In this document: in pieces, positions 46,994 to 58,195 of the stretch | Numbering within the stretch: the first letter of the stretch is position 1 | Layout: the number at the start of each line of letters is the position of its first letter | Origin: a candidate division WOR-3 bacterium | GTDB lineage: Bacteria; Hydrothermota; Hydrothermia; Hydrothermales; JAJRUZ01 | Assembly (NCBI GenBank): GCA_039804025.1 | Contig: JBDRZP010000002.1 | Coordinates: 4,704 to 68,703, forward strand | Direction of reading: 5' to 3' | DNA length: 64,000 nucleotides | Notes under the pieces: model-generated | The model's input: the letters and a program-made list of their open reading frames with translations, nothing else | What the model was told of the DNA's origin: nothing | The model's database searches: none | Position numbers and translations under genes: made by a program

Positions 46994-48544
46994 TTTATTT
47001 ATCAAAAAAATCTCCTCCTTTTCAGGTTTTAAAACAAAAAAGAGTAAAAGATAGAAAAGATAAGGTAAAAAAAAGTTTAAAATAACTTTTAAAAGAATAT
47101 TAAAATTTACTTTGCTAATAAAAAAGGTATTTAAAAATAAAATAATTAATAAGGTAAATATACCCTGAAGAAAAGGTTTAAAAACCCTTTTACTGAGTCC
47201 CCAGAATTTTAAAAATTTTTTTACACCAAAAAGCCCCATTGTTCTTAAAATAACGAGAGATAAAGATGTGGATAAAGAAGCACCAAGAATTCCAAATTTT
47301 GGTATAAATAAAAGTCCAAGAATTACATTTATAAAAAGACCTAAAAAATTAATAAATGCCCATTCTTTCTGATAACCACTCATTGTTAAAGTCATTGCCA
47401 CTTCACCTATTAAATTCTGTATCATAAGACCTGTCAAAAGAATGATCATTGGAATAAATCCTGAAATAAACTCTTTACCAAAAATAATATATAAAAATTC
47501 TTTTCCTGAAAATAAAAAGAATATGTAAAGAGGTATTGAAAAATATAAAGTCCATCTTATTATTATTTCATAAATATTTTTTAAGGATTTAAGATCTTTT
47601 TTATAAGATAACTGTGAAACAAGGGGTGAAAATACCTCATTTATTGAAAGTAAAAATAAGTTAGCCATTTCTGCGGTCCTTGCAATTCCATTATAGATAC
47701 CGATTTCCTCAGCTTTCCTGAAAAAACCAAGCAAAACCATATCAGTCCAGGCAAAAAGGAAATATAAAATTGATATTATGGTAACTGGAAGGGAAAAAGT
47801 TACAACTTCTTTATAATTAAAATTTTCTTTTGAATCAGTGTCTTTGCCTTTTAACTCTTTTACAAAGAAAAAAATTATTAAAAGAAGTCCTAAAAGGGAA
47901 GATAGGGTCCAGGGAAGTATTGCTGTTATGATTTTTTTGCCCAAAAAATAAAAAAGTAAAAATAAAAATAAAAACTGAAAGATTGGTCTTAAAATATCCT
48001 CTGATAAAACATAATATTCCATTTTATTAAAACCCTTTGAACTATAAGCCATAACAAGTAATGATGTATAAAAGGGGACAAGAAAGCTGAAGTAAATTAA
48101 AGCTTCTCTAAGTTCTGGCTTTTTATAAATTTGAGAAAAAAAGGAAGAAGTAAGAAAAGTAAAAATTCCCCATAAAAGTCCTGAAAAAAAGGATAAAAAA
48201 AATAAAAAAAGACTCAATTTTTTAATTAAACCGTATTTTTCATCTTCTTTTAAAACTGCTATATACCTTATTCCACCTCTATCAAGACCAAGTTGAGAAA
48301 ATCTTAATACAATATTAATAAGGGTATAAGAAAGGGTATAGATTCCATATATAAATGTTCCCAGAAGTCTAACTATAAGAATCTGGTAAAGGTAACCTGT
48401 AAACCTTTTCATTATCATTCCGATAAAATTTAAAAGAGAGCCGGAGAAAAGATTTTCTATATATTTTTCAAGATGTTTTTCAAGAGTTTTTTCCTCATTC
48501 ATTTTAAAAGAATTAAAATAATATAAAGTTAAAATTAAAGTCAA
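46967..48544 (-). CDS. Polysaccharide biosynthesis protein / Wzx-type oligosaccharide flippase (MOP superfamily)
   Basis: 525 aa with 12-14 TM helices. The N-terminal LLNFIGMIMKRFTGYLYQILIVRLLGTFIYGIYTLSYTLINI resembles the Polysacc_synt N-terminus. Confidence 0.55.
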   Translation of the reverse strand: MTLILTLYYFNSFKMNEEKTLEKHLEKYIENLFSGSLLNFIGMIMKRFTGYLYQILIVRLLGTFIYGIYTLSYTLINIVLRFSQLGLDRGGIRYIAVLKEDEKYGLIKKLSLFLFFLSFFSGLLWGIFTFLTSSFFSQIYKKPELREALIYFSFLVPFYTSLLVMAYSSKGFNKMEYYVLSEDILRPIFQFLFLFLLFYFLGKKIITAILPWTLSSLLGLLLIIFFFVKELKGKDTDSKENFNYKEVVTFSLPVTIISILYFLFAWTDMVLLGFFRKAEEIGIYNGIARTAEMANLFLLSINEVFSPLVSQLSYKKDLKSLKNIYEIIIRWTLYFSIPLYIFFLFSGKEFLYIIFGKEFISGFIPMIILLTGLMIQNLIGEVAMTLTMSGYQKEWAFINFLGLFINVILGLLFIPKFGILGASLSTSLSLVILRTMGLFGVKKFLKFWGLSKRVFKPFLQGIFTLLIILFLNTFFISKVNFNILLKVILNFFLPYLFYLLLFFVLKPEKEEIFLINKLRSFIKRG

Positions 48545-48587
48545 AAGGGGTATTGAAAAACAATTTTTTAAATCTTAAAATTTATCT

Positions 48588-50198
48588 TTGAATATGAAAA
48601 TTTTTGTAATTGGAATTGACGGAGGTTCCTTTGACATAATTGAAAAATATGTAAAAAAGGGTAAATTAAAAAATTTTGAGAAATTTTTTTTAAAAGGCTT
48701 TATAGGTGAGATAGAATCAACCTATCCATCTATTTCTGCCTGTGCATGGACAAGTTTTTTAACTTCAAAAAATCCAGGAGCCCATGGTGTTTTTGACTTC
48801 AGAAATTGGAATATAAATCTCTATGAAATGAGGGAAGCAGAAATAATACACTCAGGATTTTTTAAAGGGATTACTTTTCTTGACTATTTTAATGAAAAGG
48901 GGTTAAATGTTGGGGCAATTACAGTTCCCATAACCTATCCACCTTGGGAAATTAAAGATTTTCTGGTTTCAGGATTTCCAACACCTGATACAAAGGAGGT
49001 TTTTGCTTATCCTTCTGAATTAAAAAAGGAAATTGAAGCTCTTACAGAAAATACCTCAATTTTTAAGGGTGGTTCGGAAAAAAGGGTTTTTGATGAACTT
49101 ATAAGACTTCTTGAAATTAGAAAAAAAGCAGGGATTTATCTTTATAAAAAATATAAACCCTTTTTCTTTATAATCGTTTTAGGCTCACCTGATAGAGCCC
49201 AGCATAATTTTTATAAATACATAGAAGAGGAAGATAACTACATAGAAAAAGTCTACATAAAAACCGATGAAGTGATAGGGGAATTCTTAAAAATTTTAGA
49301 TCAAGATACACTTGTTTTTATTATGTCAGATCACGGTGCAAGAAAAAGACCTTTAAAAAAATTCAATCTGAATTTCTTTTTAAAAGAAACAGGATTTTTA
49401 AAAGAAAAGAAAACCGGAAGTTTATACGAACCCTTTAAAGAAATTTACAGAAAATTAAAAAGAAAATTTCCTTACCAGGAAATTGTTTTTAAAAAATTAC
49501 CTTTAAATTTAAGGAAAATTTTAACAAAAATTGACACTTTTTCTGAAACTTCTCTTTTTAACATTGATTTCAACAAAACAAAGGCATATAGATTCCCCCT
49601 TTATCCTCCTGTTGACGGAATTGTAATAAATCTTAAAGAAAGGCAGCCAAAAGGAATTGTAAAGAAAGAAGATTATGAAAAAGTAAGAATCACTATAAAG
49701 GAAAAATTAGAGGAATTTAGCATTAATGGAATAAAGCCCGTTCAGAAAGTTTTCTTAAGAGAAGAACTTTATAAGGGTAAATATTCTGAAAAACTTCCAG
49801 ACCTTATTGTTCTATACTCAGATGATTTTGAAGGCGGTTCTTCTTTAAATGAATATATAAGTGAAATAGATAAAAAGGATTACGAAAAATTGAACGGTAT
49901 TCACTCAACAAAGGGAATATTTTTTGGAATGGGAAAAATTTTAAAAGAAAAATACAAGATAAAAGGAAAATATACTCTTTTAGACCTTGCTCCTACATTT
50001 TTATTTCTTTCAGGACTTCCAATACCAGAAGAATTTGAAGGGAAAGTAATAGAGGAGATTGTAAAGGAAGAATACCTATCAAAAATGGAGTTTAAAAGGG
50101 AAAAATGGGGAAAGGAATTAATTTTTGAAGAACACATATTTATAGATAAAGAGAAAAAAGAAATAGAAGAAAAATTAAAAGGATGGGGTTATATGTGA
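48588..50198 (+). CDS. Alkaline-phosphatase superfamily enzyme (type I phosphodiesterase/nucleotide pyrophosphatase, PF01663-like)
   Basis: IGIDGGSFD...TYPSISACAWTSFLTSKNPGAHGVFDF matches the metal-binding and nucleophile region of PF01663. Later SDHG. Confidence 0.55.
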   Translation: MNMKIFVIGIDGGSFDIIEKYVKKGKLKNFEKFFLKGFIGEIESTYPSISACAWTSFLTSKNPGAHGVFDFRNWNINLYEMREAEIIHSGFFKGITFLDYFNEKGLNVGAITVPITYPPWEIKDFLVSGFPTPDTKEVFAYPSELKKEIEALTENTSIFKGGSEKRVFDELIRLLEIRKKAGIYLYKKYKPFFFIIVLGSPDRAQHNFYKYIEEEDNYIEKVYIKTDEVIGEFLKILDQDTLVFIMSDHGARKRPLKKFNLNFFLKETGFLKEKKTGSLYEPFKEIYRKLKRKFPYQEIVFKKLPLNLRKILTKIDTFSETSLFNIDFNKTKAYRFPLYPPVDGIVINLKERQPKGIVKKEDYEKVRITIKEKLEEFSINGIKPVQKVFLREELYKGKYSEKLPDLIVLYSDDFEGGSSLNEYISEIDKKDYEKLNGIHSTKGIFFGMGKILKEKYKIKGKYTLLDLAPTFLFLSGLPIPEEFEGKVIEEIVKEEYLSKMEFKREKWGKELIFEEHIFIDKEKKEIEEKLKGWGYM

Positions 50199-50212
50199 AA
50201 AATAGATTTCTT

Positions 50213-50625
50213 TTAAGAGCTCCTCAATCTCTTTGATAAAACTTTTGCAATTTCAAGAATAAGCTTTGCTGCTGCCTTTGGTCTTTCTTCAATTAAATCA
50301 AGGAAAGCCCTATGGGAAAAAAGTAAAAGCTCTGAATCCTCAACTGCCCTGCATGTAGCACTTCTTGTGCTTTCCTCAATAAGAGCCATTTCCCCCAAAA
50401 AATCACCTGGACCAAAACTTGCAAGTATAACTTCTTCACCCTCATTATTTCTCTTAAAAACCTCCACTTTACCGCTTTTAACAAGATACAAAACTCTTCC
50501 CGTATCACCTTCAAAGAAAATAGTTCTACCCTTTTTATATTCTCTGGAATTTATATAAGGGGCTATTTCTCTTAAAATATCATCGGTTAAATTTTTAAAA
50601 AGTTTATTCTTCTTTAAACTTTTAA

Positions 50626-50644
<19 letters not shown>
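50213..50644 (-). CDS. Stand-alone cyclic-nucleotide-binding (cNMP) domain protein
   Basis: 143 aa. GPGDFLGEMALIEESTRSATCRA is the phosphate-binding-cassette consensus. No HTH or other effector domain. Confidence 0.7.
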
Positions 50645-53038
<2,394 letters not shown>

Positions 53039-53073
53039 TTATTATAAATCTTTATTTTAAAAATTATCAAAAA

Positions 53074-54084
53074 CTAATTTCCAATATATCTTGAGATAAT
53101 AGTTTTTACTTTTTTCTCTTCCAGGGGTTCTTCTGAACTTATAAAGAGTTTCCCTTCTTTAAAAAACTTGAGTTCAAGACCCTTTGGATTAATCCTTATG
53201 AAGTATATGTTTTCAGAAAAGTTTTCGAGTCCCTTCCACTTTTCTTTAATTTTTTCAAAATCAAAATTTTCTAATTTTATAAATACATTTTTTTCAGAAC
53301 AGAAAGTTATTATCTTTTCTTCTTTTCTATCCATAAACTCAAAAATTCCTTTTATACATAAGGGACAGTCTTTTCTTTTTTTAATTTCAAATTCCCTTAA
53401 AGAGTATCCTTCTGAGTAATCAATATAAATTATTTTATTAACAAAAGACTTATTCACTGTAAGGTATTTAATAGCAATATCAGATTCAATTCCTGCAACT
53501 ATTTTGCTAACAGAGGGATTTATTCCATGTGTTTCACAAGTTTCAAGCCTACCTCTTTCTGGAATTTTATTAAATAAACATCTGTAACAGGCAGCTTCCC
53601 AGGGCTTAAAAAAAGAAACCTCTCCCCTCTCAGCCACACAGGCTCCATGAATCCAGGGAATTTTATATTTAAAAGAAATTTCATTTATCAAAAACCTTGT
53701 TTCAAGATTATCAACAGCATCAATTAAAAGGTCAATTCCAGAAAAATTAAAATTTTTAACAAATTGAGGAGAAAAATTTTCAAAAAAAATAAAAGCATTT
53801 ATATCTTTATCAATAGATTTTATTCTCTCAAAAGCTGCAATAACCTTTGGTTTTGAAACTTGTGCATCATCTCTTGTATAAAAGGGACTTGTTAATAAAT
53901 CTGAAAATTCAACATAATCCCTGTCCATAAGCACTATATTTTTAACACCAGCTCTTACAAGTAAATCAAGGATATTTGAACCAAGGGCACCAAGACCAAT
54001 GAGAAAAATTTTTTTATTTTTTAAGTTTTCTATTTTTTTCCCAAAGTAAAGGGGGAAAATTCTCTTTAATCTCTCCTCTATCAT
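53074..54084 (-). CDS. ThiF/MoeB/HesA-family E1-like adenylyltransferase with a C-terminal extension of about 90 aa
   Basis: Nucleotide-binding IFLIGLGALGSNILDLLVRAGV. Zn motifs CYRC and CPLC. An extra C-terminal beta-rich segment of unknown type. Confidence 0.65.
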   Translation of the reverse strand: MIEERLKRIFPLYFGKKIENLKNKKIFLIGLGALGSNILDLLVRAGVKNIVLMDRDYVEFSDLLTSPFYTRDDAQVSKPKVIAAFERIKSIDKDINAFIFFENFSPQFVKNFNFSGIDLLIDAVDNLETRFLINEISFKYKIPWIHGACVAERGEVSFFKPWEAACYRCLFNKIPERGRLETCETHGINPSVSKIVAGIESDIAIKYLTVNKSFVNKIIYIDYSEGYSLREFEIKKRKDCPLCIKGIFEFMDRKEEKIITFCSEKNVFIKLENFDFEKIKEKWKGLENFSENIYFIRINPKGLELKFFKEGKLFISSEEPLEEKKVKTIISRYIGN

Positions 54085-54902
54085 TTAAATATGACAACTG
54101 GAATCTGTGCCCAGGTCTCATTTCCCTTCATAACAACTATTAAATAAACTCCTGACCTTTGAATTTTACCAGATTCATCCCTTCCATCCCATATAATTAT
54201 AACCTTTTTACCGGATTTTAAAACATCAATATCTCTTATTTTTTTACCTGTTAAACTGTAAACTGATGCAAAGATATTATTTAACTCTCTTTCTCCTTCA
54301 AGAACTATTTCAAGATTTTCTTTTTCAGGATTAAAAAACTTTTTCAATTCTTTTAAAGTTAATTCTTCCTCTTCCTCTCCCTTGAAAATTACTCTTGTTA
54401 TTGCTTTAATATTAACACCCTTATCCCATTTTCCATCAAAATCCTTGTCAGGGGAAAAAGAAAAAACAGGGAAAATATTTTCTTTTTTTTCAGGAATTGA
54501 ATAAAATTTTTCTTTGATTTCTAAACCTATCCAGAAATAAACATATTGGCTTTTATCATAAATTTTAATGGGTAATTTAAAATTAATCATAAAATTATTT
54601 TCAAGAGTATCAAGTTTATATATTATCCTTTTATCAGTGATATAACTTTTATTTTCTTTTATATCAAACATTAAAAAATTATTAAGTTTAACAGGAAATT
54701 TATTAACTTCCCTTAATTCAGGGAAAAAGTATTCACCCTCTTCTCCATTTCCCGTGGCTAAATAAACTCTATCAAATTCTTTTACTTTTATTTTTATATA
54801 AAAATTTATTGAATCCCAGCTTGCATATATTTCATAAAAATTTGAATAATATAAAGGTTCCTCCTCGGAAAGAAAAATTAATAGGAGAACAAATATTTTC
54901 AT
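54081..54902 (-). CDS. Secreted protein with a CBM9/DOMON-like N-terminal region and a T9SS-type C-terminal domain
   Basis: Signal peptide. N-terminal YASWDSINFYIKIKVKE. C-terminus IFASVYSLTGKKI...IIIWDGRDESGKIQRSGVYLIVV matches the Por_Secre_tail pattern (wdG.d..G..v.sGvY). Confidence 0.4.
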   Translation of the reverse strand: MKIFVLLLIFLSEEEPLYYSNFYEIYASWDSINFYIKIKVKEFDRVYLATGNGEEGEYFFPELREVNKFPVKLNNFLMFDIKENKSYITDKRIIYKLDTLENNFMINFKLPIKIYDKSQYVYFWIGLEIKEKFYSIPEKKENIFPVFSFSPDKDFDGKWDKGVNIKAITRVIFKGEEEEELTLKELKKFFNPEKENLEIVLEGERELNNIFASVYSLTGKKIRDIDVLKSGKKVIIIWDGRDESGKIQRSGVYLIVVMKGNETWAQIPVVIFK

Positions 54903-54933
54903 AAAGTCTATTATAGAGTATATAATATTTAAA

Positions 54934-55659
54934 GTGCAATACTATATTTTTGCAGATTTTCACCTTGGCTACTCTGAAGAGAGGGATAAAAAGATATTTG
55001 ATAAATTTTTTAAATTACTTGAGAAAATTCCTGAAAAAACTAAAATTGTTTTTTTAGGGGATATATTTGATTTCTGGTTTGAATACAAAACAGTTATACC
55101 AAAGGAAAACTTTCTTTTTGTTTCAGAATTATATAAATTCAGGGACAAGTTTGAATTCCTTTATTTCACAGGTAATCATGATTTTTTTGTTAAAGAATTT
55201 GTAAAAGGTTTCAATATAAGAATTTTTCAGAGGGAAAGGGTATTTCAAATTGGAAGTAAAAGGGTTTTACTTGCCCATGGTGATTTTTATTACAATAAAG
55301 ATATTATTGGAACCTATTTCAATTTCTTTATAAGAACTGACCTTGTAAAATTTTTATTCTATCTATTTCACCCTGACATAGGAATAAAACTTGCGAAAAC
55401 CTTTTCAAAAATTTCAAGAAATTCTTCTGAAAAAAAGGAAGTAAAAGAAGAGATTCCTCCGAGAGCAGAAAAATTTTTTAAAAAAGGAGGAGATATATGT
55501 ATTTTAGGTCACTTTCACAAACCGATGTTTATTGAGAAAGAAGGAAAAATTTATGTGAATACAGGAGAATTTCCTGAAGACGAAACATATGTTTTTATTG
55601 ATGAACACAGAATTACCCTTTTTAAGAACGAAAAAGTTTTAAAAGAAAAAATATTCTAA
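54934..55659 (+). CDS. Calcineurin-like metallophosphoesterase (LpxH-like UDP-2,3-diacylglucosamine diphosphatase candidate)
   Basis: YYIFADFHLG, IVFLGDIFDFWFEY, FTGNHDF, LAHGD, GHFH motifs in LpxH order and spacing. Confidence 0.5.
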   Translation: MQYYIFADFHLGYSEERDKKIFDKFFKLLEKIPEKTKIVFLGDIFDFWFEYKTVIPKENFLFVSELYKFRDKFEFLYFTGNHDFFVKEFVKGFNIRIFQRERVFQIGSKRVLLAHGDFYYNKDIIGTYFNFFIRTDLVKFLFYLFHPDIGIKLAKTFSKISRNSSEKKEVKEEIPPRAEKFFKKGGDICILGHFHKPMFIEKEGKIYVNTGEFPEDETYVFIDEHRITLFKNEKVLKEKIF

Positions 55660-55660
55660 C

Positions 55661-55689
55661 TTGATTTTCTCAAAATATTTTTTTATAAT
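55661..55689 (+). promoter_or_regulatory. Sigma70-like promoter for the 55755-60751 gene string
   Basis: TTGATT (55661-66), exact 17-nt spacer, TATAAT (55684-89). About 60 nt upstream of the ATG at 55755, in the longest intergenic gap in the window. Confidence 0.35.
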
Positions 55690-55754
55690 TAATATAATTC
55701 TATCCAAAATCTATTTATAAAATCCGTTCAAATCGGTAAAAAAATAAAAAAACA

Positions 55755-56552
55755 ATGAAAAGATTAATAGGGATTTTTTTTGCATGCGTAAATATTTTAA
55801 TAGCTGATAGAAGATATTATGTATGGACTTACCAGTATGCAACAATGGAAAGAGGAAACGGTGAAATTGAGCATTACTCAACATTCAAAATACCTGAACT
55901 TTCCTCTCTTGAAAATAATGTGATAAGTGAGCTTCAACTTGAACTTGAAGTGGGTATGAATGATCATTTTGATGCTTCTATTTACCAGATTTTTGAGCAG
56001 GTTCCTGGTTTTCCCCTTGAATATAAAGGTTACAAAATAAGGTTAAGACACAGATTTGGTGAAAAAAATAAATATTTTCTTGATCCTCTTGTATACTTTG
56101 AATATAAAGGGGTTCCTGATTTTCATAAACATGCATTTGAGGGGAAATTAATTCTTGCAAAGGATTTAGGAAGATTTAACTTTGCAATAAATCCTATTTT
56201 TGAATATAAAATAGAAAAAGGAGAAAAAGAGTTTGAGCCTGAATATGCACTTGGAATCAGCTATTCTATCCATGAACTTTTAAGATTTGGAATTGAATTT
56301 AAAGGAAAAGAAGGTGCAAATTACTTTGGACCTTGTATAAGTCACGGTAAGGATCACCTCTGGGTAACACTTGGATCCGCTTTTAAAATTGGGAGAATAG
56401 AAAAAGGGAATCCTGAGGCTGAAATAAGGCTCCTCGTTGGGATACACTCCCTTACACCTCCTAAAAAGGAAGAAAATTTAAAAGAAAAAATTATGAAAAT
56501 GATGGAAGAAGGTATGAAAATTATGGAAAAAATGAAGGAAAAGGAAGAATGA
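55755..56552 (+). CDS. Hypothetical secreted beta-rich protein
   Basis: Signal peptide MKRLIGIFFACVNILIA. No recognised motifs. Its stop overlaps the start of the HemQ-like gene (ATGA). Confidence 0.3.
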   Translation: MKRLIGIFFACVNILIADRRYYVWTYQYATMERGNGEIEHYSTFKIPELSSLENNVISELQLELEVGMNDHFDASIYQIFEQVPGFPLEYKGYKIRLRHRFGEKNKYFLDPLVYFEYKGVPDFHKHAFEGKLILAKDLGRFNFAINPIFEYKIEKGEKEFEPEYALGISYSIHELLRFGIEFKGKEGANYFGPCISHGKDHLWVTLGSAFKIGRIEKGNPEAEIRLLVGIHSLTPPKKEENLKEKIMKMMEEGMKIMEKMKEKEE

Positions 56553-57160
56553 AGGAAAAAATTCTATGCCACTTTAATTTTTTAAAGGGTGATGAGGAAG
56601 ATATAAATAAATTTTTTGATGGTTTAGTTTCAGAAAAAAAATTTCTGTACAGGGTATATCCTTCAAGGAGTGAGTATGACTTTTTAATATGGACCGTTAA
56701 AAGTATTGAAGATAGTGAAACTGTTTTTAATTTTATGAGAGATTATTATGAATCTTTCAAAGATTTCAAAGATAAATTGAAATCAGAACTTTTACTCTGG
56801 GGTTATACAAAACCTTCAATCTACACAAAAGGAAAATCCCCTCAAGAAATAGATGTTTTTTCCGAGAGAAAAAAATATTTAATTATCTACCCTTTTATAA
56901 AGACTCCTGAATGGTATCTTTTAAGCATGGATACAAGGCAGGGTATGATGAATGAACATATAAGAATTGGAAGAAAATATCCTGAAATAAAACAGTTACT
57001 TTTATATTCCTTTGGAATTCAGGACCAGGAATTTATCGTTGTTTATGAAACAGAGGATATAATAAATTTTTCAGAACTTGTTTTTGATTTAAGAGGTTCA
57101 GAAGTAAGAAAATACACATTAAGGGACACACCAATAACAGTTGGATTTTTAATAAGATAA
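56549..57160 (+). CDS. Chlorite dismutase-family protein (HemQ/ChdC coproheme decarboxylase-like), short form
   Basis: YLIIYPFIKTPEWYLLSMDTRQGMMNEHIRIGRKY...YSFGIQDQEFIVVYETEDIINFSELVFDLRGSEVRKYTLRDTPITVGFLI aligns with Listeria HemQ CFYPMSKKR...[24 protein letters not shown]...[35 protein letters not shown]...F.GNLL. Confidence 0.65.
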   Translation: MKEKILCHFNFLKGDEEDINKFFDGLVSEKKFLYRVYPSRSEYDFLIWTVKSIEDSETVFNFMRDYYESFKDFKDKLKSELLLWGYTKPSIYTKGKSPQEIDVFSERKKYLIIYPFIKTPEWYLLSMDTRQGMMNEHIRIGRKYPEIKQLLLYSFGIQDQEFIVVYETEDIINFSELVFDLRGSEVRKYTLRDTPITVGFLIR

Positions 57161-57161
57161 A

Positions 57162-58160
57162 ATGGAAAGGGAAATTTTTGATGTAACAATAGTTGGTGGA
57201 GGACCCGTTGGTCTTTTTGCTGCTTTTTATTGTAGAATGAGAGAAATGAAAGTTAAGGTAATTGAAGCAACCGAGGAAATAGGAGGTCAATTAGTAATGT
57301 TATATCCTGATAAACCAATTTATGATATCCCTGGATTTCCTGAAATAAAGGCTAAGGATTTTATTAAAAATCTTTATGAACAGGTTAAAAGGTTTAATCC
57401 TTTAATTATTCTCGGTGAAAAAGTGGAAGAATTTGAAAAAGATGGTGATATTTTTGTTTTAAAAACACATAAACTGAAGAGGCATTATACAAAGACTATT
57501 ATAATTTCAGCAGGGATCGGAGCTTTTACCCCTAATAAAATTGATAGACCGGGTATAAATGAATTTGAGGGTAAGGGAATTTATTATTTTGCAAAAAATT
57601 TTGAAGAATTTAAAGGTAAAAAAGTTTTAATTGTAGGTGGAGGTGATTCTGCTCTTGATTGGGCTTTAAATATTTATCCCCTTGCAGAAAAGGTAACATT
57701 AATTCACAGGAGAGAGGAATTTAGAGCTCATGAAGCTTCTGTAAAAGAACTTTTCAATTCACCTTGTATAGTTAAATTGAATTATGAATTAAAGGAAGTT
57801 AAAGGTGATAGCTGGGTTAAAAAGGCTATTATTTTTCAAAATAAAACTTTTGAAGAGGAAGAAATTGATGTGGATGCCGTTATTCTTGCTCTTGGATATA
57901 AGGCAAATATAGGTAAAATTGAGGATTGGGGATTTGATATGGATGGAAGGTATATTAAGGTAAATTCAAGAATGGAAACATCTATAAAGGGAATTTTTGC
58001 CTGTGGTGATATTGTGAGTGTTGAAGGTCTTGGAAATACAAAACTATTGGTTACAGGATTTGCCCAGGCTGCAATAGCAGCAGGTTCAGCAAAAGCCTTC
58101 ATTGACCCAAAAGCGAAGATTTTCGGCGGTCATTCAAGTGAGATTCTTGGTAAGAAATAA
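57162..58160 (+). CDS. Thioredoxin-reductase-like flavoprotein (ferredoxin-NADP+ reductase type 2, YumC-like)
   Basis: FAD motif DVTIVGGGPVGLFAAFY. NAD(P) motif VLIVGGGDSALDWAL. C-terminal FACGDIV. No CxxC redox disulfide, so it is an FNR type rather than a TrxB. Confidence 0.7.
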   Translation: MEREIFDVTIVGGGPVGLFAAFYCRMREMKVKVIEATEEIGGQLVMLYPDKPIYDIPGFPEIKAKDFIKNLYEQVKRFNPLIILGEKVEEFEKDGDIFVLKTHKLKRHYTKTIIISAGIGAFTPNKIDRPGINEFEGKGIYYFAKNFEEFKGKKVLIVGGGDSALDWALNIYPLAEKVTLIHRREEFRAHEASVKELFNSPCIVKLNYELKEVKGDSWVKKAIIFQNKTFEEEEIDVDAVILALGYKANIGKIEDWGFDMDGRYIKVNSRMETSIKGIFACGDIVSVEGLGNTKLLVTGFAQAAIAAGSAKAFIDPKAKIFGGHSSEILGKK

Positions 58161-58195
58161 ATATTGACTTTTTTTAAATAAGTTTTTATAATAAA

